A stretch of 64,000 nucleotides of DNA from Octopus vulgaris (taxonomy: Eukaryota). Made by a program: the position numbers and the translations under genes. The DNA is taken from positions 54,498,001 through 54,562,000 of the forward strand of contig OX597820.1 of the NCBI GenBank assembly GCA_951406725.2. Direction: 5' to 3'. The notes under the pieces are model-generated. The model saw only the letters and a program-made list of their open reading frames with translations, did not search any database and was not told where the DNA came from. The first letter of the stretch is position 1, and each line of letters opens with the position of its first letter. Positions 1 through 15,196 of the stretch are shown one piece after another.

Positions 1-17
1 ACGACGACGACGATGAC

Positions 18-64
<47 letters not shown>

Positions 65-390
65 CGATGATGATGATCATGATCATGATCATGATCATGA
101 TGACGATGAGGATGATGATGATGATGGCGACGATGATGGTGACAACGACGACGGCAGTGGTGATGGTTGCGGTGGTGTCGGTTGTGTTGGTGGTGGTGGT
201 GGTGGTGGTGGTGGGGTGGTGTTAACGATGATGACGATGATGATGATGACGTCGACGATCATGATGATGCAGCAGATGATGAGGGTTGTGAAAAGGGTGT
301 ATATAAGTGCGATAGTGACGGTGATAAGCATGTATGTGAAGACGGTGGTGATGATGAATATATAGGTGAAGATGGTGGTTGAGCAGATAG
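1..390. repeat. Compound trinucleotide microsatellite (GAC/GAT/GGT)n
   Basis: Directly visible simple repeats; these generate the poly-M, poly-V and poly-S ORFs. Confidence 0.95.
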
Positions 391-666
391 TGCAGATAGT
401 AGCGTCACCACCATAATTCCATTATCACCATTGTCATCTTCACCAACATTATCATCAAAACCAAAGCATCCACCCCCTACTATCCCATAAACTCCCCCCT
501 CCCCCCATTTCAAACCCATTGCTTTGTATCTACCGGTAATGCTGTTTAGTTTGTTCTTTTGTGTATCTGTCTTGTTTAAATTTCTGTTTGAGAATCCGTC
601 CTTCATTTGATAATTTAGTCCTTGACATACCTAAGGAAGAAACAAATATATTTTGTTGAACTCATT

Positions 667-737
<71 letters not shown>

Positions 738-1251
738 TGTGTGTGTGCGTGTGTGTGCAGTCTTTTGTTTATGACCCCTAAAATATCTTGGCGGCCACCT
801 ACTTGTATTTTCTACTCCTTCGCCTGTCTTTCCTCTCGTTATGTCACACAAGTGTGATCTATGTCCCCACATTTAGACCGGCTGTTGACCCCCCCCCTCG
901 ATTTTCATTAGTACCATTCCACGTTTGTGGTTTGTGAGGGTCGCAATCACACTCTACCTATTTCCCCTTCCCCTCTCCCCACTGGCCTTCTACCTATCGG
1001 GTATCTTAAATACCCTTGTTGTATGTTTCTGACTTGAATTTCTCATTTGTCTGTCTGAAGAAGCGCTCGGATTGATTATACATGTTGCATTTATCAAGTA
1101 CATCAAAGAACTGCATCTACCGTGTGACAGTTTGTATTACCTAGCACTGAAACATATGTAACAGATAAAATAAATGTATACCAAATTCATGCCTATGTCC
1201 TTTTCTCTCATTAAGTGTGTGAGTGCGCGCGTGCGTATATGTGTGAGTGTG

Positions 1252-1300
<49 letters not shown>

Positions 1301-1305
<5 letters not shown>

Positions 1306-1495
1306 GTAATTTACAGTAAAAACAAAAGACGAAGGCAGGTGTATAAACAACAAGCAGGTGTGTATTAGTTTGATGCTCGGGAAGGTGAGAAAGTCTTTTA
1401 TGTTTCGAGCCAACGCTCTTCAACAGAAAGGAACACGAAGAAATAAACAGAGGAAGAATAAAAAAAAACTTTTAGAGTTAGCGGTCAATTATGCC
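1301..1495 (-). mobile_element. Short repeat (probable Penelope-like element terminus) with a hammerhead-like motif; second copy at ~10270-10450 (+)
   Basis: Reverse-complement match to 10300-10450 (ctttctgt.gaagagcgt.g.ctcgaaac...aaactaatacacctgc). Abuts (TA)n. Confidence 0.6.
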
Positions 1496-1626
1496 GACTG
1501 TATTATATATGATGTATATATGTATGTATGCATGTATGTATGTATGTATGTATATATGCATGTATGCATGTATGCATGTATGTATGCATGTATGTATGTA
1601 TGTATGTATGTATGTATGTATGTATG

Positions 1627-1657
<31 letters not shown>

Positions 1658-1912
1658 CTATTTATAAGTGTGCATGCATATGTTTGCTGGAAATGAATCT
1701 CAGTTTAAACGGAAACCTAAGGTTAAGTGGCTTGTTGTGTAATCACTAAGTGGTTACTGTTATTGTTGTAACGGATCGTGTAGCTCTTGCTGTGGCGGTA
1801 ATGTTCGTCTAAATGTCATTGCAGTAATGATACTGTGTTAGAGCTGTGATGAATAGTATTAGCTTCGGTAATACTCATGTGGTTGCCGTGTTAATATTAG
1901 TAATGTTGTCGA

Positions 1913-2490
1913 AGGCGATGAGCTGGTTGAATTGTAAGCACGCTGGGCGAAATGCTTAGTGGCATTTCGTCTGTCTTTGTGTTCTGAGCTCAAATTCCGC
2001 CAAAGTCGACTTTGCCCTTTATCTTCTCGGGATCGATGAAATAAATACCAGTTCAGTACTGGAGTCGATATAATTGACTTACCCCTCCCTCAAAATTGCT
2101 GGTCTTGCGCCAAAATTTGAAATCATTATTAGTGCTGTTAAGGTAGTGAGCTGGCAGAATCATTAGCATACCAGGTAAAATGCTGAGCGACATTTCGTCT
2201 GTCTTTGCGTTCTGAGTTCAAATTCCGCCGAGGTCGACTTTGCCTTTTATCCGTTCGAGTTGAACATTGGGGTCGATGTAATCGCCGTATCCCATTCCAC
2301 GAACTTGCTGGCCTTGTGCCAAAATTTAATATCAATTTTAGTGTTGTTGTTATTCAAATTCCGCCGAGGTCGACTTTGCATTTCATACGTCCAAGGACGA
2401 AAAGTAAGTTGAACACTGGAGTCGAAGTAATCAACTTACCTCTTCCTCCGAAATTGCTGGCCTTGTACCAAAATCTAAAACTTATATTAG
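1913..2490 (+). mobile_element. Three tandem or partial copies of tRNA-derived SINE family A (Nin/Deu-like core)
   Basis: A-box-like gagctggcagaa, B-box gagttcaaattcc, and core gtcgactttgcctttcatcc..gggtcgataaa.aagtaccag repeated three times. Confidence 0.8.
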
Positions 2491-3016
2491 TGTTGTTGCT
2501 CGCAACGATGCTGTGTTAGTGCTGTGATGATGATATTACTATTCCTACTGCAATAATGGCAATGTAGTTATGATAATGTTGGTGTAACTCTTGCTATGGT
2601 GATAATGTTGCATTAGTGTTGTAATGATGATAAGGTCGGGCACAGATGTGTAGTTAGGACGATCACATTGCAACCAGGTGGTTTCGGGTTCAGTCCCACT
2701 GCTAGGCACCGTACTCAAGTATCTTCTGCTATAGCCCCAAGATGACCAGTACCTTGTAAATGAATTTGGAAGACGGAAACTGTACGGAATCCCGTCATGT
2801 ATATGTGTGTATGTGTGTGTCGAAAAACAGTGATTAACAAATCACCAGAACCGCAACTCACCAGCAGGTTTCGTAAAAATTCCTTATCGGCAACGAGCGA
2901 GGTATTGTTTTAAAATAGCACTCTGTATACCTTTCTTAATGTGGACAAACTCTTTGGATGTGTGTTTATAGATAGATAGAACATGTCTGGAGATTTTTCA
3001 TTGACGTCTTTAAACA

Positions 3017-4080
3017 TATCAAGGCCATCCCATAAGTTCTGTCCGATTTTACCTTTTTAAAATTGAATGAAATTTAATAGTATTTTAGAATGTCTAATGG
3101 AATTAAAAGTTATTCTTATGAATTTGTACATTTAAACTAATTAAATATTATTTTATAGAATAATAGAATTAAAATTTCTTTGATTAAAACCCTTTCTAAC
3201 ACGGAAGTATCCAAAGAGCATTTGAGCCACATAATGCTTTATGAGTACAAAAAAGGAAACTCTGCAGCTGAAGCGACTCGAAACATACACTCCGTTTATA
3301 GGAAAGAATGCTTGAATGAAAGAACTTGCAGAAGATGGTTTGCAGAAGTGGAAATTTCAGCCTTGAAGATGAAGATCAAATAGGACGTCCAGTTGAGTTT
3401 GATGATAAGCTCCTTGAGGCATTACTTGAAGAAAATCTTGCATTATCAGTTGAAGAATTGGCAATAAAGCTTAGTTCAAACCATACAACTGTTCATCGTC
3501 ATCTTCAACAAGTTGGAAAGGTTCCTAAACTTGGAAAATGGGTGCCTCATGAATTGTCCGAAAGCAACCGTAAATCCCGAGTTGATATCTGCTCTTCTCT
3601 CCATTCTCGTGAATTCATTTCACCCTTTTTGCATAGACTTATGACTGGTGACGAAAAATGGATCTTCTATCGAAATGTTAAACGTCGTTAACAGTAGCTT
3701 TGTAAAAAGGAAAAACCTCAACTACAACCGAGAAGGGAACTTCATGGGGAAAAAGTTCTTCTCTCTATCTGGTGGGATTGCAAAGGAGTAATTCACTTTG
3801 AATTGTTACCATCTAATGCAACAATCAATACTCAAGTCTACTGTCAGCAATTAGAACGTTTGAACCAAGCTTTGAAGAAAAAAAGTCCCTCTTTAGTGAA
3901 TCGAAAAGGAACGATGTTTCATTAGGACAATGCGCAACCCCACACTGCAAAGATCACATCACAGAAGATCGAAGAGCTTGGTTGGGAAAAAATTCCTCAT
4001 CCACCTTATTCTCCCGACCTTGCTCCTTCAGACTACCATTTGTTTCGTAGTTTACAGAATCATTTGGGGGACATAACTTT
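3017..4080 (+). mobile_element. Decayed mariner transposon (D,D34D-type transposase pseudogene), 3' truncated
   Basis: Frameshifted ORF with HTH, GRP, WVPHEL, TGDEKW, IWWD, DNA.PH and HPPYSPDLAPSDYHLF motifs. Several in-frame stops. Confidence 0.93.
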
Positions 4081-4392
4081 GTGACCGTTGGGTTGGGGGT
4101 TTCTTTATGCGTTTTTGCTCCAGTGAGAATGGGTGTTAGTGTTTTGGATTGCCTTTTGCTTTTGATAATTTACGCAGCAGTAGCGATAAATAACGCTAAT
4201 TGTATGGTTACATATCGACAACGCTTGGAATAAAGACATTCCAGAAATGTTTGTGTCTAACAGTACTTATATGCGTTTGCGCGTATTTGTCTACATGTTT
4301 GTATATGGAATGTGGTTGCAATTATACGTCATGATTGGAAGATCGACACTTAACTTCCCCTATTTGTTTCCGCTATGGCACTTTAAAAATTG

Positions 4393-4397
<5 letters not shown>

Positions 4398-4480
<83 letters not shown>

Positions 4481-4486
4481 TAATAA

Positions 4487-4540
<54 letters not shown>

Positions 4541-4574
4541 CAGTAGTAGTAGTAGTAGTAGCAGCAGCAGCAGC

Positions 4575-4659
<85 letters not shown>

Positions 4660-4660
4660 A
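4398..4660. repeat. Compound (AAT)n(AGT)n(AGC)n microsatellite
   Basis: Directly visible. Confidence 0.95.
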
Positions 4661-4798
4661 TAAGATAATCATTTCTCAAAGCCCTCAAATTTTGGGGGAG
4701 GAGACTAGTCGATTACATCAACCCCAGTATTTCACTGGTACTTAATTTATCGACTCCGAAAGGATGAAAGGCAAAGTCGATGTAAGAATAATAATAAA

Positions 4799-5296
4799 TA
4801 CCAGGCAGTGGCTCTCATAGCTTCTGATCTTAACTGATTGGAAGTGTTATGTACGTTGTTTTGTTCTGGCATAAAAGATGGACTACAGCAAATATTCTGC
4901 TCAATATCACAGATTTGTTTATCAGTTGTTTTACCTTAACCAGTCGAGCATGTCCCTTCGTGGCTGACGATATGTGCACCTCTGATCACGAGCTAAAGTA
5001 ATGGGGAAGCATCATAGCCATGTGTTGAGAGGAATTCTTAGGGGTTTGAATAATTCAACTCTGGAAGCATGGGCGTTTCGTTCAACATCCTTAAACAACT
5101 CTTATTCGGAGACCTTTTGAACAGGATAGGCTACTCGACCTGAAGAAAATTTATATGAGATCACCATGTCGCGCACATATGGTTGTGATGCACATTCCTG
5201 GCGTACCCTTACCACACGGGTAGTCATGATGGGTATACTGGGCTTCGTATATTTTACCCCAGTGTCACTTTGATGGCATGCGCTGCTCTCTCACTC
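4799..5296 (+). mobile_element. ~500-bp non-coding interspersed repeat ending in (AAT)n, copy 1
   Basis: Near-identical to 6927-7469. Partial copies at ~53895-54065 and ~61300-61455. Confidence 0.8.
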
Positions 5297-7553
<2,257 letters not shown>

Positions 7554-8028
7554 AATGATAATAATGATAATAATAATAATAATAATAACTACCAGGTATA
7601 AGAACGAACCTGAGTCAAATTAACAACAACAATAATGATAATAATAATCCCACGAACATTTACTGTATTACAAGCATCTAAGCAGCTGCGTGACATATAT
7701 ATGGCATGAATGTGGTTCAAGAAAATTAATACTGCTGAGCTCTGTAGCAAACTGACATGGAGAGGTCAGCTAATAGAATGAAACGAATGCAGCACGTTGA
7801 CATATAACATTCTTCTAATGCTTAATCTATTTTTTAGTGGCGTTCATCATCAAAGCTACTTGAAGATGAGCCATGCCTCATGCGGCCTGCTCCTTGAAAT
7901 AGGTTGCCCAAGCCTGCTATACACGGTTACTTAGTCTGCTAGGAATAGCAAAGAAATCTCCCTCTAACCGAACTCTAAAGTTCTGGAAAAAAGATAAATA
8001 GGTTTACTTAATGCTAAATATATTATAT

Positions 8029-8252
8029 ATTTCTTTATTGCCCACAAGGGGCTAAACAGAGAGGACAAACAAGGACAGACAAAGGGATTAAGTTGATTAC
8101 ATCGACCCCAGTGCGAAACTGGTACTTTTATTTATCGACCCCGAAAGGATGAAAGGCAAAGTCGACCTCGGCGGAATTTGAACTCAGAACGTAACGACAG
8201 ACGAAATACTGCTAAGCATTCCGCCCGGCGCGCTAACGTGTCTGCCAGCTCG
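8029..8252 (-). mobile_element. SINE family A, near full length (other copies ~25895-26095, 27720-27905, 32470-32640, 60815-60960, 63170-63315)
   Basis: Reverse complement of cgagctggcag...ttcaaattccgccgaggtcgactttgcctttcatcctttcggggtcgataaa. Confidence 0.85.
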
Positions 8253-8399
8253 ATATTATATCCGAAGAAAAAACAGCCATGATGGCCATGGTTAGACTAC
8301 ATTTGATTATAGATTTACTCGATCTGGACGACTTGACATTGAACAACATGTGGATGGGCAATATCGTCAGAGCGTCGAACAAAATGCACCCCATATTTA

Positions 8400-8780
8400 C
8401 ATTTTATTCTTTTATTCTTTTACTTGTTTCAGCCATTGGCCTGCAGCTACCCTGGGGTACCGCCTTAAAGGCTTTAGTCGAACAAATCCACCATCCATTC
8501 CTGTATTTAATTTTTAAACTCTGGTACCTATTCTATAGGTATCTTTTACTGAGCCGCTAAGTTACGGGAACGTAAACAAACCAACGTCAGTTGTCAAATG
8601 CAGTGGAGAGACAAACACAAAGACGCACATGAAGGGCTTCCACACAGTTTCCGTCTACCAAACTCACAAGACATTTGGCCATCCAGGAGATATAGTAGAT
8701 GACATTCAAAATGCTGTGCAGTGGGACCGAACCTGAAACCACGCAGTTGCGAAACGAGCTTCTTAACAACACACTCATGC
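8400..8780 (-). mobile_element. tRNA-derived SINE family B, degenerate copy
   Basis: Matches the reverse complement of the 10770-11160 and 19005-19330 copies (tRNA head, ccttgggcaagtgtctt core, aacttagcggttcggcaaaag tail). Confidence 0.75.
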
Positions 8781-10212
8781 TTCACTTCAAATCCTGACAT
8801 GGTCAGTTTCGCTCTACACCCTTCCAAAGTGAATGCATTGGTGATCGATTAAGTATTACTATAAAGCACCCTAAGAGTGTGTGCACCCGCGTGGGGCGTG
8901 TGAGTGTGCGTTTATATCTGTGTGTCTGTATGTGCGTTTGTGATTATATATATATATATATATATATATGACACTATAGATAGTATCAGAATGAGAGAGT
9001 CGAGTTAAAAATGGTTGTGTCATTTTTTAGAAACTAAAATAAGAAAAATAATAGAAGAGCAAAAGTCGTAATTGATTATGCGCAAGTGAGAGAGAGACTA
9101 CGTGCGTGATTTTGAATGTGTGAGTGATCTACCAGCCTATTTGAGTGCATACGTGTATATATACGTATATATATATATATATATATACGTATATATATAT
9201 ATATACACATAGATATATATGTATCTATTGTTTTTATAAGCATGTATATACATATATATATATATATATATATTCTATGTATAACTGTATATATATCTAA
9301 ATATCTATATGAATACAAATGTATGCATGTGTGGTGTGTGTGTGCGTGTGTGTGTGCATGTGTGTGAGTGCATGTGTGTGTATGCGTTTGTTTGTTTGTT
9401 TGTTTATATATACACCTACACATATGTATTCTTTAAACGCTCCCACCTGAATATTATCTAAAGTGTACATTTATCACAGTACCTGTGAACCGATTGCTCT
9501 GTCTGTTAAACGATTGCTTTGGCCAATCCTTTCAGATTACGTCATAGCTACAAGACACTTCTTAGTAATCGAGATATGTATTTAGCTGTCCATACTAGTT
9601 TTGACTTTTTTTCCTACATATTGCAAAATAGAATATGGCCTTGAAGTTAAGTTGTTGAATTACTCACCAGTTTGTTGTAAATTCGGGTATTTATATTTCT
9701 ATTGCGGTCTGTCCCAGAGATCTATTAATTTATCTGCCGAAGTGTGTATGACTAAACAGGGTTTTAATACTCACCCACTCCTCCACAGATGATTAGGTAA
9801 CAAATATCGAACAATAAATAAACCAAGCCTTACATTCTACTAAGGAGAAAACTTCGGTGTCCAATTTTTAAACGAACTTCTCAGTTTCCTCTTTTTCTCT
9901 CTTTTTTCTTTTTTTTCTGGGGGGGGGGGGGGTTCTTTAAGCTCATTTTTCGTGTCTGATTTCGAAATTGATAGGAAAATAAAAGAGTTTCCTGTTGTGT
10001 GTCAGTTATAGTTTCGCTTTTATATCTTTCATTTGTTTCTATCATTGGACTGCAGCTATGCTGGGGCACCGCCTTGATGGACCCAGTCAAGCAAATCGAG
10101 CTCAATACTTACTTTTAAAAGGCTAGTATTTCTATGGGGGGTTTTTTGCCGAACCCGGACGTAAATAAACCTGCACCAATCATTAAACATTAGTGGGACA
10201 CACACATACACA

Positions 10213-10250
<38 letters not shown>

Positions 10251-10769
10251 AACAAACATACACACACACACGTGAAACCATTAATCCCGACATGTCTTTT
10301 TCTCTCTCTATTTTTTTCCTCATTCCTTTCTGTCGAAGAGCGTAGACTCGAAACGGCAAAGACTTTTCCATCTTTCCTAAACGTCAAACTAATACACCTG
10401 CTGCTTGTTGTTCCTTCACCTGTCTCCGTCTTTTGTTTTCTGTACATTTGAACCATGTGTGTGTGTGTGTGTGTACGAGCTTCCTCTCACTTTCCGTCTA
10501 CCATATTCACTCACAAGATACTGGCCATACCGCAGCTATATTACAAAACATCTGCCCAAGTTGCTTCGCAGTGGGGCTGAAACTGTAACCACGCAGTTGC
10601 AAAGCGAGTTTATGAGCAAATGAGTAAATAGATCTCGGTCGGTTTCGACGGTGAGCATTCCAGTTGTTGAATCAACGAAAGCACCTATGCATTGATTTAT
10701 AGAGTAAGTAGCAGTGTATTCCACAGTCATTTGTGTGCTTAATGTAATCATGAAACAAAATCAGCAAGT

Positions 10770-11157
10770 GCAAGCGTGGCTCTGTGATAAGACGTTTGCT
10801 TCCTAACCACATGGTTCTGAGTTCATTCCCACTGCGCGACTTCTTCGCAATTATCTTTACTATAACCCTGGGCTGGTCAAAGCCTTGTGAATAGATTTGA
10901 TTGTTGGAAACTGAAAGAAACCCTGTGTGTGTATGTGTGTATGGGTGTGTCTGTGTCCTTGTGCTTGTGTTTGTCCCCCACCACCGCTGGACAACCGGTG
11001 TTGGTGTGTTTGCGTCACTGTAAACTAACCGTTCAGTAAAAGAGACTGATAGAATATGGAGCAGGTTTAAAAAAATATAAGTCCTGATTTATTCGACTAA
11101 AAATTCTTCAATACGGTGCCCCAGCATGGCCGCAATCTAATGATTAAAGCAAGTAAA

Positions 11158-11160
<3 letters not shown>
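10770..11160 (+). mobile_element. SINE family B, full length (others ~2640-2800, 19005-19330, 21150-21350, 21905-22065, 23730-23850, 46245-46390)
   Basis: A box cgtggctctgtg and B box gagttcattccc, central microsatellite, and tail ...ccagcatggccgca.tc.aatga.t.aa.caagtaaaag. Confidence 0.8.
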
Positions 11161-11243
<83 letters not shown>

Positions 11244-12269
11244 CTCCTTCATCACCGTTTGGTTTATTTAGGTTTGGCTCTGGTTTGTTTAGATATCGTA
11301 ACTTAACGGTTCGGCAAAAGATATTGATAGAATAAGTACGAGGCATACAAAAAAATAAATCCTGAGGTCGACTCGTTTGACTAAAAATCCTTCAAGGCGA
11401 TGCCCCAGAAAGGCCACAGTCCAATGACTGAAACAAATAAATGATGAAAGGTGACACCATATATGATGAAACTAAACTGGATCTTTGAAATATAGAAAAG
11501 CAAAGAGGTCGACTCGAGCTGGAAGACACTGGTCTTCTATCTCATTCAGCGCAATGTGCTATTAAAAATAAACTATTGTGGATAAGATGCCGTTGCAAGT
11601 CCAGTAATTCTTATCATCTAACATGCATCTAAAAGCTTCAAGAAACTTCATTACTGTATGGATAGATATGTACTTTTCTTTGTAGACAATAATATTCCTT
11701 GTTCTTTTAGTTTTGAAAGAAACCTTTATCTCCCCAACACTACTCATCATATATAGATAGATAAGTGTGGTCTAACATACTTAATGTAATGAGCCGAAAA
11801 AACACTTTAACCAGTTCAAATTACAAATCTAATGAGACAAAAACCCATTAATATTACAATCCTTGTCAAGAAGAATAAGGGAGAGAACTTTAAATTGCTT
11901 AAGAATTAAATGGAGTCAGACAGTGCTGTGAGAATCAAATTTTTATTATGATAGATAACTACTGCAAGCATGTTTTGGACTTAGTAATTATGGATGTAAT
12001 TCTAATTAGTTAAAAATTATTTCTTTTTATTCAGGATTTTTTATTTAGATTGATAGCCATTGGTATGTTATATATGATTGAATCTACTAGAATGCAAATG
12101 ATGTTAAAAATACATTATTTTCATAAATAAATTAGTATATAATGTTGTGGTCAATTATATATGAAAGAATATACTAAAAGGTAAATAGCGTTGAAAATAA
12201 ATATTTATGAGATGCTACAACAAAATTCTCATTTAATAATATACGGGTAGATATGAATATTGTGATGGT

Positions 12270-13700
12270 GTTGGTGCCTACGCTGCTGCAGTGCATTGCT
12301 GCATTCACCATTTGTCGATATATTCCTGAGTCCTCTCGGGCCCATCGAGCAGAGTACCAGTCAGTCCCCATCTCCACGAGATACCTCCTCATCTGCAGTG
12401 GCCTGGCGGCATATGATCAACCAACGTAAGCGTCAACCCAAACGGATCCTCGGTGAAGAGAACTCGGTAAGCAGGGTCTAACTCGTAAAATCGACTAGCA
12501 TGACCAAACAGTTTGAGATGGCACTCCCTAATCATACAAGTAACAGGAGGGGGTCCCAGTTTCTGAGTAGTGTCGTTAGTTGGATACGACCAATGGTAAT
12601 CCATAATCCTGTGAAGCATCTTGGAACGAAAGGAGATCGGGTGGCTCCTTAAGGTCAGTGTCGAAGTCTCAGAACTACAGAGCAGGGCAGGGAATAACAG
12701 AGATCAAAAGACCCTAATTTTTGTCCTCATTACACAGATGTCGACAGCGCCAAACACCCTAGCCCGATGAGACTACAACTGCACCAGCCCGTTCAAATCT
12801 TTTTAGGACTTCAGACTCGCAGCAAATGCTGCTACGAATCTTACTGCCGAGATAAGTGAAGTGGTCAACAACTTCGATACTCTCACTCTCAACAGCTACA
12901 GAGAAGGTTGAGTTCTCCAAGAAGCCAACGAATGACTGGATTGCCTTGACCCAAGAGACTCTAAGGTCAAATGGTTTCACTTCCTCACTCACTAAAAAGA
13001 GAGTGTTCCTTAAGACATCCAGAGACTCAACAAGAAAATCTGCGTCATCAGCAAAATCTAAATCGATAATCCTAGTTTCACCGATGAGTGTTCCACATTT
13101 CAATCATACTACCATTCGGCCAAATATCCAATACATTTAGGCATTGAACAGAGTGAGAGGCAAAACACTACCCTGACGTAACCCAGATCTAGTTGGGGGA
13201 AAGGCACATGTTAATGTTAAGCACCAATCCGAATTGCACTGACTGTTCCGGTGTACAAGGTCATCATCAGCTCAGTCAGTTGAGGAAGTAAACTTCGCAG
13301 ATCCAGAATCCACCACAGTTCATCTCTGTCCACCGAGTCAAAAGTTTTTCGGAGGCCGACATAGGCTGCAAGCAGCCCCTACTGATAGTTCCGCTTGTAT
13401 TCAATGAGTACACAAAGAGCCAGGATCTTGTTAGTAGATGATCCCTTTGGCATAAACCCTGACTGCTCCAGCTGCTAAGACGCAAACAGATGATTTCGCA
13501 CTGTTCAGGATGACTCTGGCAAAGGCCTTACCGGCTATTGAGAGGAGCGTAACAGCCCCATTATAGTTGCAATCGTAACGGTCACCTTTACTTTTCCGGA
13601 GTGGGATAATTATGCCCCTCTTCCAGTCAGGTGGTGCGATACCGCTGCCCCAGAAGAACAAGACTGCAGTGAACTCACCTTTCTTGATCGTCTTTCTCTG
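12270..13700 (-). mobile_element. Decayed RTE-clade LINE, reverse transcriptase and 3' region
   Basis: Minus-strand fragments PPDWKRGIIIPLRKSKGDRYDC.NY..VTLLSIAGKAF, GLRQGSVL, DLDFADD, VDHFTYLGS and LKLFGH. Frameshifted. Confidence 0.88.
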
Positions 13701-14154
13701 GGAATACCACTATGCTTTCAGCACTGGTGAACGTTCAGCCAGTCAGCTATGATTTACCATCCGAAGACGAGTTCCGTGGGGTAGTAAATCAGCCGAGAGC
13801 AGGAAGGCAGCCGGTATTTGACGCATAAGAATGTGATGCCACATAAATATTATACTTTAAAAGTTTATTAAGCTTGGGGACTGTGGGAGATCTTACAAAA
13901 AAGAGTAACTTTGGCTTGATATCTGTGGTTGTCCTGTGTCTGGAGATTAACTTCTAAATTGATAAGGTAGAGATGTAAGATTAAAATACTTTAATAGGTG
14001 TCTGTGAAAGCGTCAGAACGCTCCGAAACATAATGAACGAGTTTTTAGGTATTCCTTGTGGTTGTTATATTGTACAATATAGCAACTTCCTTTTTCAAAT
14101 TCTGCCGAGGTCGACTTTGCCTTTCATCCTTTCAGGGTCGATAATTAAGTACCA

Positions 14155-14359
14155 ATTTCTTTATTACCCACAAGGGGCTAAACATGGAGGAGACAAACAA
14201 GGTCAGACATAGGTATTAAGTCGATTACATCGACCCCAGTGCTTAACTGGTACTTATTTAATCGACCCCGAAAGGATGAAAGGCAAAGTCGACCTCGGCG
14301 GAATATGAACTCAGAACGTAGCGGCAGACGTGCTAACGATTCTGCTGGCTCGTCGCCCT
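14155..14359 (-). mobile_element. SINE A inserted antisense into another SINE A, with a 20-bp TSD
   Basis: gggtcgataattaagtacca at 14135-14154 and 14360-14379 flanks the insert. Confidence 0.85.
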
Positions 14360-14948
14360 GGGTCGATAATTAAGTACCAGTTGCGGACTGGGTCGAGCTA
14401 ATAACTGATGTTTTCCTGTTCGAATGATATATGGCTTGTATTATTCAATTATCCTCCAATTTATAGTGAAGTCTATGTTGTGATCTTCATGCCACCATAC
14501 AAATTTCAACAACGATGTTGATGACTTTTTCTCTTTATTTCTGAAGAAGACAGATTGGTCCGCACGTCGTATATTCAATCTGCCTTCAACCATTCTAGTG
14601 TAACTTATGGTGTCGGTTTTCCCAGTCTGCTAGTAGAGTTAAACTCCGCTTCGTATATTACAGATTGGTTAGGTGGTAATGTTACTTTGTTCCTACATGA
14701 GTTCGCATGAAATGTGGGTGTTTATGGTTTCTGTGCTAAAACGCTTTTCATGTTAGAGGCGTTAATGTACGTCACTTTGAAGCAGTTTCTATTTAAAATG
14801 GCCCTATAACAGTACTGGTTAAGAAATTACTTCTCAATTAACTCTGTATGTGTGAGGTGCGTGTGTGTGTGTGTGTTTTCGAACCTCTCTCTCTTTCTGT
14901 ATCTCTCAATATATGTGTGTGTGTGTGTGTTTGTGTGTATATATAGAA

Positions 14949-14991
<43 letters not shown>

Positions 14992-15005
14992 CATACATAC
15001 ATACA

Positions 15006-15037
<32 letters not shown>

Positions 15038-15109
15038 CATATATATATATATATGTATGTATATATATATATGTATATATATGTATATATATGTATATAT
15101 ATATGTATA

Positions 15110-15196
<87 letters not shown>

